A stretch of 64,000 bases of DNA from an uncultured Parvularcula sp. (GTDB taxonomy: Bacteria; Pseudomonadota; Alphaproteobacteria; Caulobacterales; Parvularculaceae): positions 546 through 64,545 of the forward strand of contig CALFRH010000477.1 of the NCBI GenBank assembly GCA_937919225.1. Reading direction: 5' to 3'. Position numbers and translations under genes: made by a program. Numbering within the stretch: position 1 is the first letter of the stretch; each line of letters begins with the position of its first letter. The notes beneath the pieces were generated by a model. That model was not told the origin of the DNA, made no database searches, and saw nothing but the letters and a program-made list of their open reading frames with translations. This document shows positions 27,705-38,040 of this stretch, one piece after another.

Positions 27705-29312
27705 ATGACTTCCTCCCCCCCAATGACTTCCTCCTCTAAGACGGATCGTACACCGATCACCCGTGCCCTTCTATCTGTGTCTGATAAGACGGGGCTCGTG
27801 CCCTTTGCTGAGGCGCTGGCGGCCGCTGGGGTGGAGATTTTGTCGACGGGGGGGACCGCTAAGACCCTGCGGGAGGCGGGCGTCCCTGTTGTTGATGTGG
27901 CGTCGGTCACTGGTTTTCCTGAAGTCATGGATGGCCGGGTTAAGACACTTCACCCAGCCATCCATGGGGGTCTCCTCGCGGACCGCTCAAAGTCTGGTCA
28001 TCTAGACGCCATGGCAGCGCACAATATCCCGCCTATCGATCTTCTAGTCGTTAATCTGTACCCGTTTGAAGAGGCTCTGGCGGCGGGCGCGCCCTATGCC
28101 GAAATGGTGGAGAAGATTGATATTGGCGGGCCCGCGATGATCCGGGCGGCCGCTAAAAACCATGCGCATGTGGCCATTGTCACCGATACGGAGGATTATG
28201 GGCTTATCCTTGATGCGTTGCCCCAGGGCGGTACCAGCTTTGCAGAACGCTCTCGCCTTGCGGGCATCGCCTATGGCCGTACTGCTTCTTATGATGCTGC
28301 CATTGCAGGCTGGTTTGCGGGGCAGGCAGATGAGTTGCCAAGGCGCGCGGTTGTCGCCGGTGCCTTGAGCCAGTCATTGCGATATGGCGAAAACCCGCAC
28401 CAGGACGCTGGTTTTTACGCCTCCGCGGACACCCGAAAGGGGGTAGCGACCGCTAAACAACTCCAAGGGAAAGAGCTTTCCTACAATAATATCAATGATG
28501 CCGACGCCGCGGTGGAGCTGGTTTCTGAATTTGATGCGGGCCCGGCGGTCGCCATTATCAAGCACGCCAATCCCTGCGGCGTGGCAACCGGGGCGAGCTT
28601 TACGGCGGCCTATGAGGCAGCGCTGAAATGCGATCCTGTCTCTGCCTTTGGCGGTATTGTGGCCCTCAATGGTCGTCTCGATGCGGCAACGGCGACCCAG
28701 ATCGTGAAAGTCTTTACCGAAATCGTTATTGCACCGGAGGCGGATGAAGAAGCCATTGCGGTTTTTGAGAAGAAGAAGAACTTACGTCTTCTGGTTACCG
28801 GCGGGCTGCCTTCTCCGACAACGCCCGGCATGGTGGTTCGCCCGGTGGCGGGCGGCTTCTTGTACCAGTCGCGGGATGCGGGGAAGGTCGCCCGGGATGA
28901 TCTCAATGTTGTGACGGACCGCGCGCCGACCGCTGAAGAATTGGACGATCTTCTCTTTGCTTTCACCGTGGCAAAGCACGTCAAATCCAATGCTATTGTC
29001 TATGCTAAGGATCGCGCGACGGTGGGGATCGGGGCTGGGCAAATGAGCCGCCTTGATTCCACCCGTATTGCGGTGCGCAAATCTGAGGATGCGGCGATCG
29101 CCGCGGGCGGGAAGGAGCCGCTTGTCAAAGGGTCTGTCGTCGCGTCCGATGCGTTCTTCCCTTTTGCAGATGGGCTGATTTCGGCGGCAGAGGCGGGGGC
29201 AACCGCGGTGATCCAACCTGGCGGTTCTATGCGGGACGGGGAAGTCATTGAGGCCGCCAATGAGCGCGGTCTTGCCATGGTCTTCACCGGCATGCGCCAC
29301 TTCCGGCATTAA
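27705..29312 (+). CDS. purH: AICAR transformylase/IMP cyclohydrolase
   Basis: [39 protein letters not shown]. Confidence 0.98.
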   Translation: MTSSPPMTSSSKTDRTPITRALLSVSDKTGLVPFAEALAAAGVEILSTGGTAKTLREAGVPVVDVASVTGFPEVMDGRVKTLHPAIHGGLLADRSKSGHLDAMAAHNIPPIDLLVVNLYPFEEALAAGAPYAEMVEKIDIGGPAMIRAAAKNHAHVAIVTDTEDYGLILDALPQGGTSFAERSRLAGIAYGRTASYDAAIAGWFAGQADELPRRAVVAGALSQSLRYGENPHQDAGFYASADTRKGVATAKQLQGKELSYNNINDADAAVELVSEFDAGPAVAIIKHANPCGVATGASFTAAYEAALKCDPVSAFGGIVALNGRLDAATATQIVKVFTEIVIAPEADEEAIAVFEKKKNLRLLVTGGLPSPTTPGMVVRPVAGGFLYQSRDAGKVARDDLNVVTDRAPTAEELDDLLFAFTVAKHVKSNAIVYAKDRATVGIGAGQMSRLDSTRIAVRKSEDAAIAAGGKEPLVKGSVVASDAFFPFADGLISAAEAGATAVIQPGGSMRDGEVIEAANERGLAMVFTGMRHFRH

Positions 29313-29405
29313 GGGGTTTCCAAGCCGCGCTTGAGAGGCGCCCGGGAGGGCGCCAAAACAACGGCTTAAAGCGGCGATGCTTTCCGCGTCGGCACTCCGC
29401 TCGGC
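29310..29405 (-). repeat. Possible degenerate copy E of the palindromic repeat
   Basis: Starts at purH stop; AAAACAACGGCTTAAAGCG resembles AACAAAGCCTTAAAGCG of copy D; two hairpin arms. Confidence 0.3.
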
Positions 29406-29549
29406 GTTTCACCAAGTACCGTGTGCGAATGGCTTAAAATAGACCGGCCAGATCGGCTAAAAAAAGAGAGCGTTCGTAAGCGTTCAGGTATATCCTGCCG
29501 CCCATAGAAAACCGCGCGCCGATGGTGCGCGCATCAAGGCGAGGAAACC

Positions 29550-30974
29550 ATGGCCCAGCAGAATCACCAACGGGAGTTATCATTTCGCGACAGTGTCGAT
29601 GTGATGTTCGACCGGGCCGCGGCCCATTTGGACGAACCTGATGGTATCAAGCACAAAATCAAGGTGTGTAACTCCGTATACAAGGTTCGTTTTGGCGTAA
29701 AATTGCGTGGTTCGCTGCATACCTTCACAGGCTATCGCGCGGTGCACTCGGAGCATATGGAGCCGGTGAAGGGGGGGATCCGATATGCTCTATCGGTGAA
29801 CCAAGATGAGGTAGAGGCGCTGGCGGCGCTTATGACCTACAAATGTTCCTTGGTACAGGTTCCCTTTGGCGGTTCAAAAGGGGGGCTCGCCATCGACCCT
29901 AATGAGTGGGACGAAGAGGAACTGGAACGCATTACCCGCCGCTTCACCTACGAATTTGCCAAACGCGATCTCATCCATCCATCGCAAAATGTGCCGGCGC
30001 CCGATATGGGCACGGGCGAGCGGGAGATGGCGTGGATCGCTGATGCCTATCGTCGTCTTCACCCAACTGATATCAATGCCAATGCGTGTGTCACCGGCAA
30101 GCCGCGCCATATTGGCGGGATCGCTGGCCGGGTGGAGGCGACGGGACGCGGTGTGCAGTATGCTGTGCAAGCCTTTTTCACCCACCCTGAAGATGTTGTG
30201 AAGGCGGGTCTTGATGGAGGGATTGAGGGTAAGCGGATCGTCGTCCAGGGCCTTGGGAATGTGGGCTATCATGCTGCGAAATTCCTGTCTGAGGAGGATG
30301 GGGCCCTCATCACGGCGGTGATTGAGCGGGATGGCGCCATCATTGATGAGACTGGCATCGATATTGATGACCTCAAATTCCATATCACCCAGCACGGGGG
30401 CCTTAGCGGTTATGGCAAGGGCACCTATGTAGAGGATGGCCCAGCCGTGTTGGAGCAAGAGTGCGATGTCCTCATCCCCGCCGCTATCGAAGGGGCTATC
30501 AATGGCGGCAATGCCGCTGCGATCAAGGCGCCGGTTATTGTGGAGGCCGCGAACGGTCCGGTGACGGCGAACGCTGATGCTATCCTTCGCGACAAGGGCG
30601 TTGTCATCATCCCTGACATGTATGCCAATGCTGGCGGTGTGACTGTCTCTTACTTTGAGTGGGTAAAGAACCTCACGCACATCCGGTTTGGTCGGATGCA
30701 GCGGCGGGAAGAAGAAAAGCGTAATCTCGCCCTCTTCAAAGAGCTGGAGCGGTTGACCGGCAAGCCTCTGGCGCCTGAGTTCAAGGCGAAATTTGGGCAG
30801 GGGGCGGATGAATTAGATCTTGTGCGTTCTGGCCTCGACGATACGATGCGGTCAGCTTACGCCCGGATGCGGGAGGCCCTCCTGACAAAGCCCGATCTTG
30901 GGGATATGCGCACGGCGGCTTATTATTGCTCGCTCCTCGATATTGCGACAAGTTATAGGAGTCTGGGGCTCTAA
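29550..30974 (+). CDS. gdhA: Glutamate dehydrogenase (Glu/Leu/Phe/Val family)
   Basis: PVKGGIRY, PFGGSKGG, VPAPDMGT, QGLGNVG, EAANGP, SYFEW. Confidence 0.93.
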   Translation: MAQQNHQRELSFRDSVDVMFDRAAAHLDEPDGIKHKIKVCNSVYKVRFGVKLRGSLHTFTGYRAVHSEHMEPVKGGIRYALSVNQDEVEALAALMTYKCSLVQVPFGGSKGGLAIDPNEWDEEELERITRRFTYEFAKRDLIHPSQNVPAPDMGTGEREMAWIADAYRRLHPTDINANACVTGKPRHIGGIAGRVEATGRGVQYAVQAFFTHPEDVVKAGLDGGIEGKRIVVQGLGNVGYHAAKFLSEEDGALITAVIERDGAIIDETGIDIDDLKFHITQHGGLSGYGKGTYVEDGPAVLEQECDVLIPAAIEGAINGGNAAAIKAPVIVEAANGPVTANADAILRDKGVVIIPDMYANAGGVTVSYFEWVKNLTHIRFGRMQRREEEKRNLALFKELERLTGKPLAPEFKAKFGQGADELDLVRSGLDDTMRSAYARMREALLTKPDLGDMRTAAYYCSLLDIATSYRSLGL

Positions 30975-31121
30975 CGGCAGGGCCTTTAGGAATGTCGATG
31001 GGAAATGATACCCATTTGGTGTTCAATTGGTTTTGGATGTGAACGAAGAATGCGCTGCGCCTCGGTATTGCGGAACTATAAGCGGGCCGCGGCCTCCTCG
31101 TTTGAGATATGGAGTGAAACA

Positions 31122-32414
31122 ATGATCCGATACACTATCGCTAGCTTGCCTATCCTGTGGCTTGCCGCATGCGCGCAGCCATCCTCCGAAATGGAAAGTG
31201 AGAGTACGGACAGCCAACCGTCAGAGATCGCCCGCACGGCGGCGGCGCTGCCGACCTTGGCCTTGCACGATTCACTTTTAACGTTGGACGCTCACCTTGA
31301 TACGCCGGCCATGTTCCACAATGGCGATTATGATTTCTCACAGAACGGATCTTTTGATGTCGATGGGACCAGTGTCGACCTACCTCGCTTAAGAAATGGG
31401 GGGCTCGATGGCGGCTTCTGGGTGATTTATACCGCCCCAGGCCCGTTAAACGACGCTGCCTACATTGAGGCACGCACATCCGCCCTCCTCAGACAAATGT
31501 CTATTCGCGAGGTGGCGGCAAAATATGCCGATGCGGTCGAGCTTGCTTTTGTCGCGGATGATGCTGAGCGCATTCATGCCGATGGTAAGATCGTCGTTTT
31601 TCAAAGTATGGAAAATGCCTATCCCCTAGGAGAGGATATCACGCTCCTAGAGACGTTTTACGTTGGCGGCTTACGCATGTTGGGCCTTGTGCATTTTGAA
31701 AGCAATCAGTTTGCTGATAGTTCAACCGACGACCCTCTGCATGGCGGTTTGAGTGAGCTGGGGAAGGATTTGGTTCGCGAAGCCAATCGGTTGGGGATGA
31801 TGGTCGACGCGTCTCACGCGTCGGACGATGCCCTTCGCGATATGATGACTGTGTCCTCCACGCCTGTCATCCTTTCCCATAGCGGTCCTGACGGGGTTTA
31901 TGAGCATGCCCGAAATGTCCCTGATGAGCTGCTCGTCCAACTCGCTGACAGTGGCGGTGTGGTGCATGTGAATGCGTTTGGGGGCTACCTTGAAGCGCTT
32001 CAGCCGTCGCCGGAGAGGGCGGCTGCGCTGGAGGCTCTTACTGCGGAATATGGAACAGACCGGGATGCGATGACGGACGAACAGATTGAAGCGTACCGTG
32101 TCGCCCGTCGGGCGCTCGACAAGGAATTCCCTGCACCGCGTTCCAGTTTCGAGAAATATATGGAGCACTTGTTCTACACCCTTGATCTCGTGGGGGTGGA
32201 CCATGTTGGCATTGGCGCTGACTGGGACGGGGGCGGCGGCGTGGACGGCATGTCTGATGTGACGTTCGTGCCCAAAATTACCCAAGGCCTCATTGATGCG
32301 GGGTATAGTGAGAAAGATGTTGAGAAGATCTGGAGCGGGAACGTGCTTCGCCTTATGCGCGAGGTGGAAGCGGGCAAAACCGCGACGCTCACATCGCCCG
32401 ATATTGTGAAATAG
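31122..32414 (+). CDS. M19 membrane dipeptidase lipoprotein
   Basis: Lipobox LAAC; DAHLD, VDASH, ILSHS, DHVGIGADWDG. Confidence 0.92.
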   Translation: MIRYTIASLPILWLAACAQPSSEMESESTDSQPSEIARTAAALPTLALHDSLLTLDAHLDTPAMFHNGDYDFSQNGSFDVDGTSVDLPRLRNGGLDGGFWVIYTAPGPLNDAAYIEARTSALLRQMSIREVAAKYADAVELAFVADDAERIHADGKIVVFQSMENAYPLGEDITLLETFYVGGLRMLGLVHFESNQFADSSTDDPLHGGLSELGKDLVREANRLGMMVDASHASDDALRDMMTVSSTPVILSHSGPDGVYEHARNVPDELLVQLADSGGVVHVNAFGGYLEALQPSPERAAALEALTAEYGTDRDAMTDEQIEAYRVARRALDKEFPAPRSSFEKYMEHLFYTLDLVGVDHVGIGADWDGGGGVDGMSDVTFVPKITQGLIDAGYSEKDVEKIWSGNVLRLMREVEAGKTATLTSPDIVK

Positions 32415-32487
32415 CTGTACCCGGGCGGCGCAGATCGCATTTCGCTATAGTAGCAAGCGGTTCTATTTGTACGCGACAAATCAGAAT

Positions 32488-34050
32488 TTAGCTGGCCGCT
32501 TTCTCGGTCGATGTGTCATCGTTTGAACGACCATCATCGGCGTCTGCGTCCGCTTTTTTGTCGGCGGTATCCTCGTCATCGCCGCTGGCTTCTGGCACTT
32601 GGTCATTTGCGGCAAGCGTCGCGCTATCGTCAGCATCGGTCGCTTCAGTAGCATCCTCCTCGCCGCTCTTTGCATCCGTGTCTTCTTCGGGCGCGGGCGC
32701 AGGGGGCGGTGCGGTGAGGAGTTTGATCTCATCAACGCTGAGATGGGTACGGACTTCCTCAAGGGGCGGCGGCGCCATCCGACCATGGTCACCAAACTCA
32801 CGGATTAGTCGCTGCCAGCCGTCGGTGGTAAAGTTAAAGACCCCGTCGGCCCCAGGCACGGGGTCGAGGGGGGCCGCGGCGGCACGATCCAACCACACTT
32901 GCGCAGCGTCCTGGCCATAAAGGCCGGCCATCGCGGCGGCCATGGCCTTAAAGGTGCTGGCCCGCGGCGCGCGGGTGAGGAGAGGCTCTAGGGCCAAGCG
33001 CGCTTCTTCATACTGGCCAAGGGCAATGTCCTGCTCGGCAATCAAAAGACGGCTATCGTCGGTGTCCGGTGCCCGTTCGGCCAGGCGTTTTAACCGGGCG
33101 GCGCGGCGTTCCACTTTTTCCTCTGCATAAAGATCGCCCATGGTTTTGGCGATGGCGGGGTGAGGGGCAACCCCCCAGGCATCGTCAAGTAAACGCCCCG
33201 CTTTTGACCGCCGGCCTGCTGCCCCCTCAATCTGGGCGGCCAAGACGGCGGCGGGCGCAAAACCCGGTGCTTTTTTGAGTGCGAGCTCTGCATCTTTGAG
33301 GGCAGTGCCTGTGTCGCCGCCATGAAAGGCGCCATAGGCCTGGGCGGTGAGGAGGGCGGCCTCTTTGCGGCGGGCGGCTTCCCCGGCTTCAAGATTATTC
33401 TGTTGCGCAAGAAGCAGCGCGTCCCGTGCGTCGCCCCAGGCCCCCCTATCAATATTGAGTGCGTAGACGGATTGATAGGCCCACTCCGCGCCTGGGCGAA
33501 GGCGGAAGGCCCGCTCGGCATAGCCCCGCGCCTCCTTCCGGTCACCTGAGGTCATGGCCTGACCATAAAGCCCGCGTAGGCCAAGAAATTCCGTTTCCGG
33601 TGCTTCTAGCATTGCCGCGAAACTCGCCTCGGCGGTTTCTTCATCACCGGCCAGTTGGGCGGCTTGGGCCGTCAAAAGACGGGTGATGCCGGGTTCGTCG
33701 AGTTGCTTAAGCGCGACCCGGGCGTGGCGTTGGGCGTCTGCAGCATCTCCCGCCGCGACCGCCTCGAGCCCGCGGGTCAGGGCCGTCATGCCCTTGGCAC
33801 GCCGCCCTTCGGCTTGGTTACGACGAATGACAGAGGGTAATCGCGCTAAGCCTGATACAATCAGGGTCAGCACGATCAATAAAATGAAGATAATGCTGAG
33901 AACGATAAGGACGGCACCAGACGGCGCATCAATCACCGTGTCGTCCAGGCGCATGGTCATGAACCCATCTAGATCCGCGACCATGGAGATGCCGAGCGCC
34001 ACCGCGACAATGGCCCCAAGGAACACAAGGAAGAAAAAGATCCGGATCAT
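32488..34050 (-). CDS. hemY: HemY_N/TPR membrane protein
   Basis: Two N-terminal TMs; LLTAQAAQLAGD, TEFLGLRGL; downstream of mic60. Confidence 0.85.
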   Translation of the reverse strand: MIRIFFFLVFLGAIVAVALGISMVADLDGFMTMRLDDTVIDAPSGAVLIVLSIIFILLIVLTLIVSGLARLPSVIRRNQAEGRRAKGMTALTRGLEAVAAGDAADAQRHARVALKQLDEPGITRLLTAQAAQLAGDEETAEASFAAMLEAPETEFLGLRGLYGQAMTSGDRKEARGYAERAFRLRPGAEWAYQSVYALNIDRGAWGDARDALLLAQQNNLEAGEAARRKEAALLTAQAYGAFHGGDTGTALKDAELALKKAPGFAPAAVLAAQIEGAAGRRSKAGRLLDDAWGVAPHPAIAKTMGDLYAEEKVERRAARLKRLAERAPDTDDSRLLIAEQDIALGQYEEARLALEPLLTRAPRASTFKAMAAAMAGLYGQDAAQVWLDRAAAAPLDPVPGADGVFNFTTDGWQRLIREFGDHGRMAPPPLEEVRTHLSVDEIKLLTAPPPAPAPEEDTDAKSGEEDATEATDADDSATLAANDQVPEASGDDEDTADKKADADADDGRSNDDTSTEKAAS

Positions 34051-34146
34051 GATGCGTCCTTTTTGGCCATACGCCCCGTGCGGCTCACAACGGGCCAAGG
34101 TGCCGGAAGCCCTTAGGCCTACTGGCGGTTTGACAGGGGGTTATCG

Positions 34147-36105
34147 CTATCCCGCTTGGGAATTGATGACCTCTTCAAACCGATCAACCCGGGTAAGGGC
34201 GTCTACCTTTGCTTCGGCATTCTTAATCCAGCTATCAAACGCCGTTCGGGCGCTGCCGTCCAGGGCTTTCAGCTCGCGGACAGCCGCGGCGAGATCATCA
34301 TTTTCAAGACGGCTTTCCGCCCGGGCGATGATGGCCGATGGACTATCACCCGGCACGTCTCCAACCTTCCGCACAATGAAAAGACCGGACAGGTTTGCCA
34401 TCAGGCGGCCCATGGGCCCTTCAGCGTTCTCACGCTTGGTACTTGAAAGGGCGGCCCGGGCGGCACTTTGATAGTCCATGCGAAGCTCCGGGGTGGTGGG
34501 CAGGCCGTCATCAGCATAACGGCGCAGTTGCGCCAGCGCCATGGCGTTGGGGGCGATCCGCTCAATCGTTTCCAGTTGCCGGATAAAGGGTTCGCCCGAT
34601 TCGATCCCATTGCTGAGGTCAGATAGGGCAAGCAGCAGCGTACCTTGCCGCGCCTCGGAGATGTCGCTCGATTGAATATTCTCAACCGTCGTCTTCAGGT
34701 CCGCCAACTGAGCGCTTAGCTCTTCCTTGGATTGGCGTTGCTGTTCGGTGAGCTCATCCCGGATGGCTTTCACCTCGCGACCGGTCTCTTCGATCCTTTG
34801 GCTGATCTTTTGCTCGGTCTCGTTAAGCTTTTCCTCGGTTTCGGCGAGGACGGTGGCCTTCACGTCGCTTTTAAGATCGTCAAGCTGGGCGGCGATAATT
34901 TCTTCCGGTGCCGCAACGGGGCCCGTGTCTTCCGTAACCTCTGCCACCGCGACGGCTTCGGCGGTTTCGACTGGGCCCGAGGTGTCCTCCTCCGTAGACA
35001 TTTCTTCCGCTGGCGCTTCAGCCGCAGTGTCTGTAACGGCGCCCATTGCGTCGTTCGTCGCATCGACTGCCATCTCGGCGGCATCCTCAACCACGTCTGC
35101 CGCGGTGTCGGCGACACTGTCAGTGGCCATCATTGCTGCGCTTTCAACGGTGGTGTCCGCATCACCCATCTCTTCTGCCGTGGGGCCAGTGACGGGCTCT
35201 TCAATCGTTTCTTCAATCGTGTCTTTAGCGGTCTCTTCCGCGGCTTCAACCACTTCCGAAGCTGGCTCTTCTATTGGGTCGGTCGCGGCATCCACGGAGG
35301 CTTCAGCGGCCGCCAGAACGCTGTCCGCCTCGCGCGCGAGGGCGTCCACTTCGGCTTCGGTGGCGTCCGCCGTCGTGCTAACGTCTGCGGCGGGTGTCTC
35401 GTCTTCTTCAGCGGGTGGTGCAAGGGCGGCGGCAATCACATTGGCCGCTTCGCTACCGCTTTCGTCCGCTTTCGGTTCATCCGGTGTCGCGTCATCTGTC
35501 GCTGTGGCTACAGCATCGTCCGACGTCCCTTCGGCTGTGACGGTGTCGGCCGTCTCTGACCCCGCGGTGGGTTCTGTTTGTTCCTCTACGACCGCGACGG
35601 CTTCAATTTCAGCTGATGCCTCTGCGGTGTTTTCCTCAACAGTGGTAGAAGGTCCGTCATCCTCAGCCGTCTCTGTACGGCCTAAGGGGTCCTGTTCAAT
35701 GGGTTGCGCAACCGGGGAGGTCTCCGCCGCCTCGAACAAGGCGGGGGTCGCGCTATCCTCTACCGATGCGGTGGTGGTGGTCGTTTCATCAGTTGGACGG
35801 TTCAAGAAAAAGATCAGGCCCCCTACGACCACCAGGGCACCGATGATCATGCTAAAGGCGCCAGTGAGGCCGCCGCCTTTTTCATCATCATTGGCAGCCT
35901 CTGGGGAGGCGTCTGATGTCGCGTTGGTAGATGCTTCGGTGGCGGTGTCTTCGACCACTGCCTCTGATGTTTCATCACGGGCCGAAGCGTCTGATGTCTC
36001 TTCGGTGTCCTCAACGATTTCTGCGTCGATGGCCTCAGTCTTTTCGGGATCCTGCTGCTCGGGATTGGGGTTTTCTGATTCAGGGGGCGTTTTGTTGTCG
36101 GCCAT
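34147..36105 (-). CDS. Mitofilin-domain protein (alphaproteobacterial Mic60, COG4223)
   Basis: Single TM, acidic linker, coiled coil, C-terminal SGEPF..L / AIIARAE..L..DLAAAV..W; hemC-hemD-X-hemY order. Confidence 0.85.
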   Translation of the reverse strand: MADNKTPPESENPNPEQQDPEKTEAIDAEIVEDTEETSDASARDETSEAVVEDTATEASTNATSDASPEAANDDEKGGGLTGAFSMIIGALVVVGGLIFFLNRPTDETTTTTASVEDSATPALFEAAETSPVAQPIEQDPLGRTETAEDDGPSTTVEENTAEASAEIEAVAVVEEQTEPTAGSETADTVTAEGTSDDAVATATDDATPDEPKADESGSEAANVIAAALAPPAEEDETPAADVSTTADATEAEVDALAREADSVLAAAEASVDAATDPIEEPASEVVEAAEETAKDTIEETIEEPVTGPTAEEMGDADTTVESAAMMATDSVADTAADVVEDAAEMAVDATNDAMGAVTDTAAEAPAEEMSTEEDTSGPVETAEAVAVAEVTEDTGPVAAPEEIIAAQLDDLKSDVKATVLAETEEKLNETEQKISQRIEETGREVKAIRDELTEQQRQSKEELSAQLADLKTTVENIQSSDISEARQGTLLLALSDLSNGIESGEPFIRQLETIERIAPNAMALAQLRRYADDGLPTTPELRMDYQSAARAALSSTKRENAEGPMGRLMANLSGLFIVRKVGDVPGDSPSAIIARAESRLENDDLAAAVRELKALDGSARTAFDSWIKNAEAKVDALTRVDRFEEVINSQAG

Positions 36106-36233
36106 AACACTCTCTCTCGACAGTCATTCCTTTGAGACGACCTCAAAGGCAGGATGTGGACGCATCGGACGGTCGGGTGCAGGCGGCTATCGTCGGGCGC
36201 CCCCATCCCTTTGCCCGGTGGATGATGCACCGC

Positions 36234-36974
36234 TTATGGGCACCGGGCCTTAATCATGTCAACGAAGCTCGCAAGCTGCGGCTCGGCGGCAACGACAATT
36301 TCATGAAATGGCAATGTTCTGGCCATGTTGGCCACATTTTCTGACAAGCACGCGGCCACGCTTTGCCCGAGCATCGGCGTCAGCCCCGCATCTTCCACCA
36401 ACCCGGCGAACAGACGGGCGGTCCGGGGGGAGAAAAGCGCCGCCGTGCACGGACCGCCCTTAAGCGCGTCCGCCGCTCGTGGCGGTAATGCGTCCGCCGC
36501 AACCGCTTCGTAAAGGGGGAGGGCGGTGGCGGAAATCCCCGCTTTTGTAAGCTGGCCCCCTAAATCCCCCGCTGCATGGACCCCTTGAATGTGAAGGATG
36601 GGCCCGAGCCCATGGTCCTTGATGAGGGCGGCTAAGCTATCGACGTCGCCCGCCGCAATGCCCGCTGTCTTGAGGTCTGCCGCTTCCCCTACGGCAGCGG
36701 AGGCGGGGCCGACATAAAAGGCGGGAATGTCGATGGGAACCAAGCTCGTTTGGCTATCGCGGATGGTGCACCAAGCGCGCACCCCACTGGCGGAGGTAAA
36801 AGCCAGGGCACCAATATTCTTGATGGGAAGGGATTTCGGCGCCTGTGCGAAGGCTATGGTCATGAGCGGGGTGTGCACCACCTCAATACCCACCTTCTCA
36901 AACGCTTCACAGGTGGCCTCCCCGTCGGGTGAGGGGCGGGTGACCAGCAACGGTTGGGGGAAGGGGGTCAACAC
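36234..36974 (-). CDS. hemD: Uroporphyrinogen-III synthase
   Basis: LLVTRP, FTSASGV, FSPRTA. Confidence 0.9.
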   Translation of the reverse strand: MLTPFPQPLLVTRPSPDGEATCEAFEKVGIEVVHTPLMTIAFAQAPKSLPIKNIGALAFTSASGVRAWCTIRDSQTSLVPIDIPAFYVGPASAAVGEAADLKTAGIAAGDVDSLAALIKDHGLGPILHIQGVHAAGDLGGQLTKAGISATALPLYEAVAADALPPRAADALKGGPCTAALFSPRTARLFAGLVEDAGLTPMLGQSVAACLSENVANMARTLPFHEIVVAAEPQLASFVDMIKARCP

Positions 36975-37963
36975 CCGCCCTCACTGGCGAGCATGTGGGC
37001 AAGGTCGGGACCCGCTGACCGCCGCAAGGCGTCTGCGACGTCGCGCCCCAGGGTGTTGGCGGCTGCCGTTTGGGCGGGCCCATCGCCGTTGAGGGTGACT
37101 GTCTTTTGGGTTGTCACCGCCTTTTGGCCGTCCGGGGTCAATATTTCTCCTTGTAAGGAGAGGGTTTGGCCCGACAGGGTGGCATGCCCCGCCATAGGGG
37201 TACGGCAATTCCCGTCGAGATCCTCCAGAAGCGCGCGTTCTGCGGTATTTCTGAGAGCGGTTTCTTGGCAATTGATAAGGGCGCAGGCTGCCCTCGCGAT
37301 CATATCATCTGTACGGGCCTCAATGCACAAGGTTCCCTGGCCGATGGCGGGCAGCATGGTGGAGATGCCTAAGACTTCCCGCCTCACATCAGTGTTCTCA
37401 AGGCGCCTAAGCCCCGCCTCGGCAAGGAAGGTGCCGTCTGCCTCCCCCGCGGCTAGTTTTTTAAGGCGTGTGCCAACATTTCCCCGCATAGGGGCAAGGC
37501 GTAAATCTGGTCGTAAGCGCGCCAGCTGCGCCCGGCGACGGGTGGAGCTGCTGCCCACCACGGCGCCTTTGGGCAATTGGGCGAGGGGGGTGCCGTCCAT
37601 GGTGACAAACGCATCATTCGGCGCGGCCCTTGGGGGCACACTGACGATAGTGAGGCCATCGGGGAGGGATGCTGGCATATCCTTCATGGAGTGGACGGCA
37701 ATGTCCGCCGCACCGGAGAGGAGGGCGTCTTCGACCTCTTTGGTAAAAAGGCCTTTGCCCCCTTCATCGGCGAGGCTGGGGCTCATCACCTTATCACCGG
37801 TGGTGACATAGGTAAGAATAGGGAGGCAGGCGTCTTTCTCGGCGTTCAATATGCCAAGAGCGTCCGCGAGCAGGTCTTGGACCAGCTTTGCCTGGGCGAC
37901 GGCCAAGGGGGACTGGCGGGAGGCGATGCGCAACGGGGCGTCTGGGGTCGGGGCCTGAACCAT
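36968..37963 (-). CDS. hemC: Hydroxymethylbilane synthase
   Basis: RIASRQSPLA, GGKGLFTKE, AVHSMKD, RGNVGTRL, GNCRTP. Confidence 0.96.
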   Translation of the reverse strand: MVQAPTPDAPLRIASRQSPLAVAQAKLVQDLLADALGILNAEKDACLPILTYVTTGDKVMSPSLADEGGKGLFTKEVEDALLSGAADIAVHSMKDMPASLPDGLTIVSVPPRAAPNDAFVTMDGTPLAQLPKGAVVGSSSTRRRAQLARLRPDLRLAPMRGNVGTRLKKLAAGEADGTFLAEAGLRRLENTDVRREVLGISTMLPAIGQGTLCIEARTDDMIARAACALINCQETALRNTAERALLEDLDGNCRTPMAGHATLSGQTLSLQGEILTPDGQKAVTTQKTVTLNGDGPAQTAAANTLGRDVADALRRSAGPDLAHMLASEGGC

Positions 37964-38040
37964 GCCCGGGCGCCTAGTCCGGAATGACGCGGAAGGGAAG
38001 GCATCGACCTTTCCCGCGCCATTGGCTAGTCGGGACGGCC

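Noticed and set aside
34727-36253. 508-aa Ser/Ala/Val-rich ORF on + strand
   Set aside because: Antisense shadow of the low-complexity Mic60 linker; no motif or start signal
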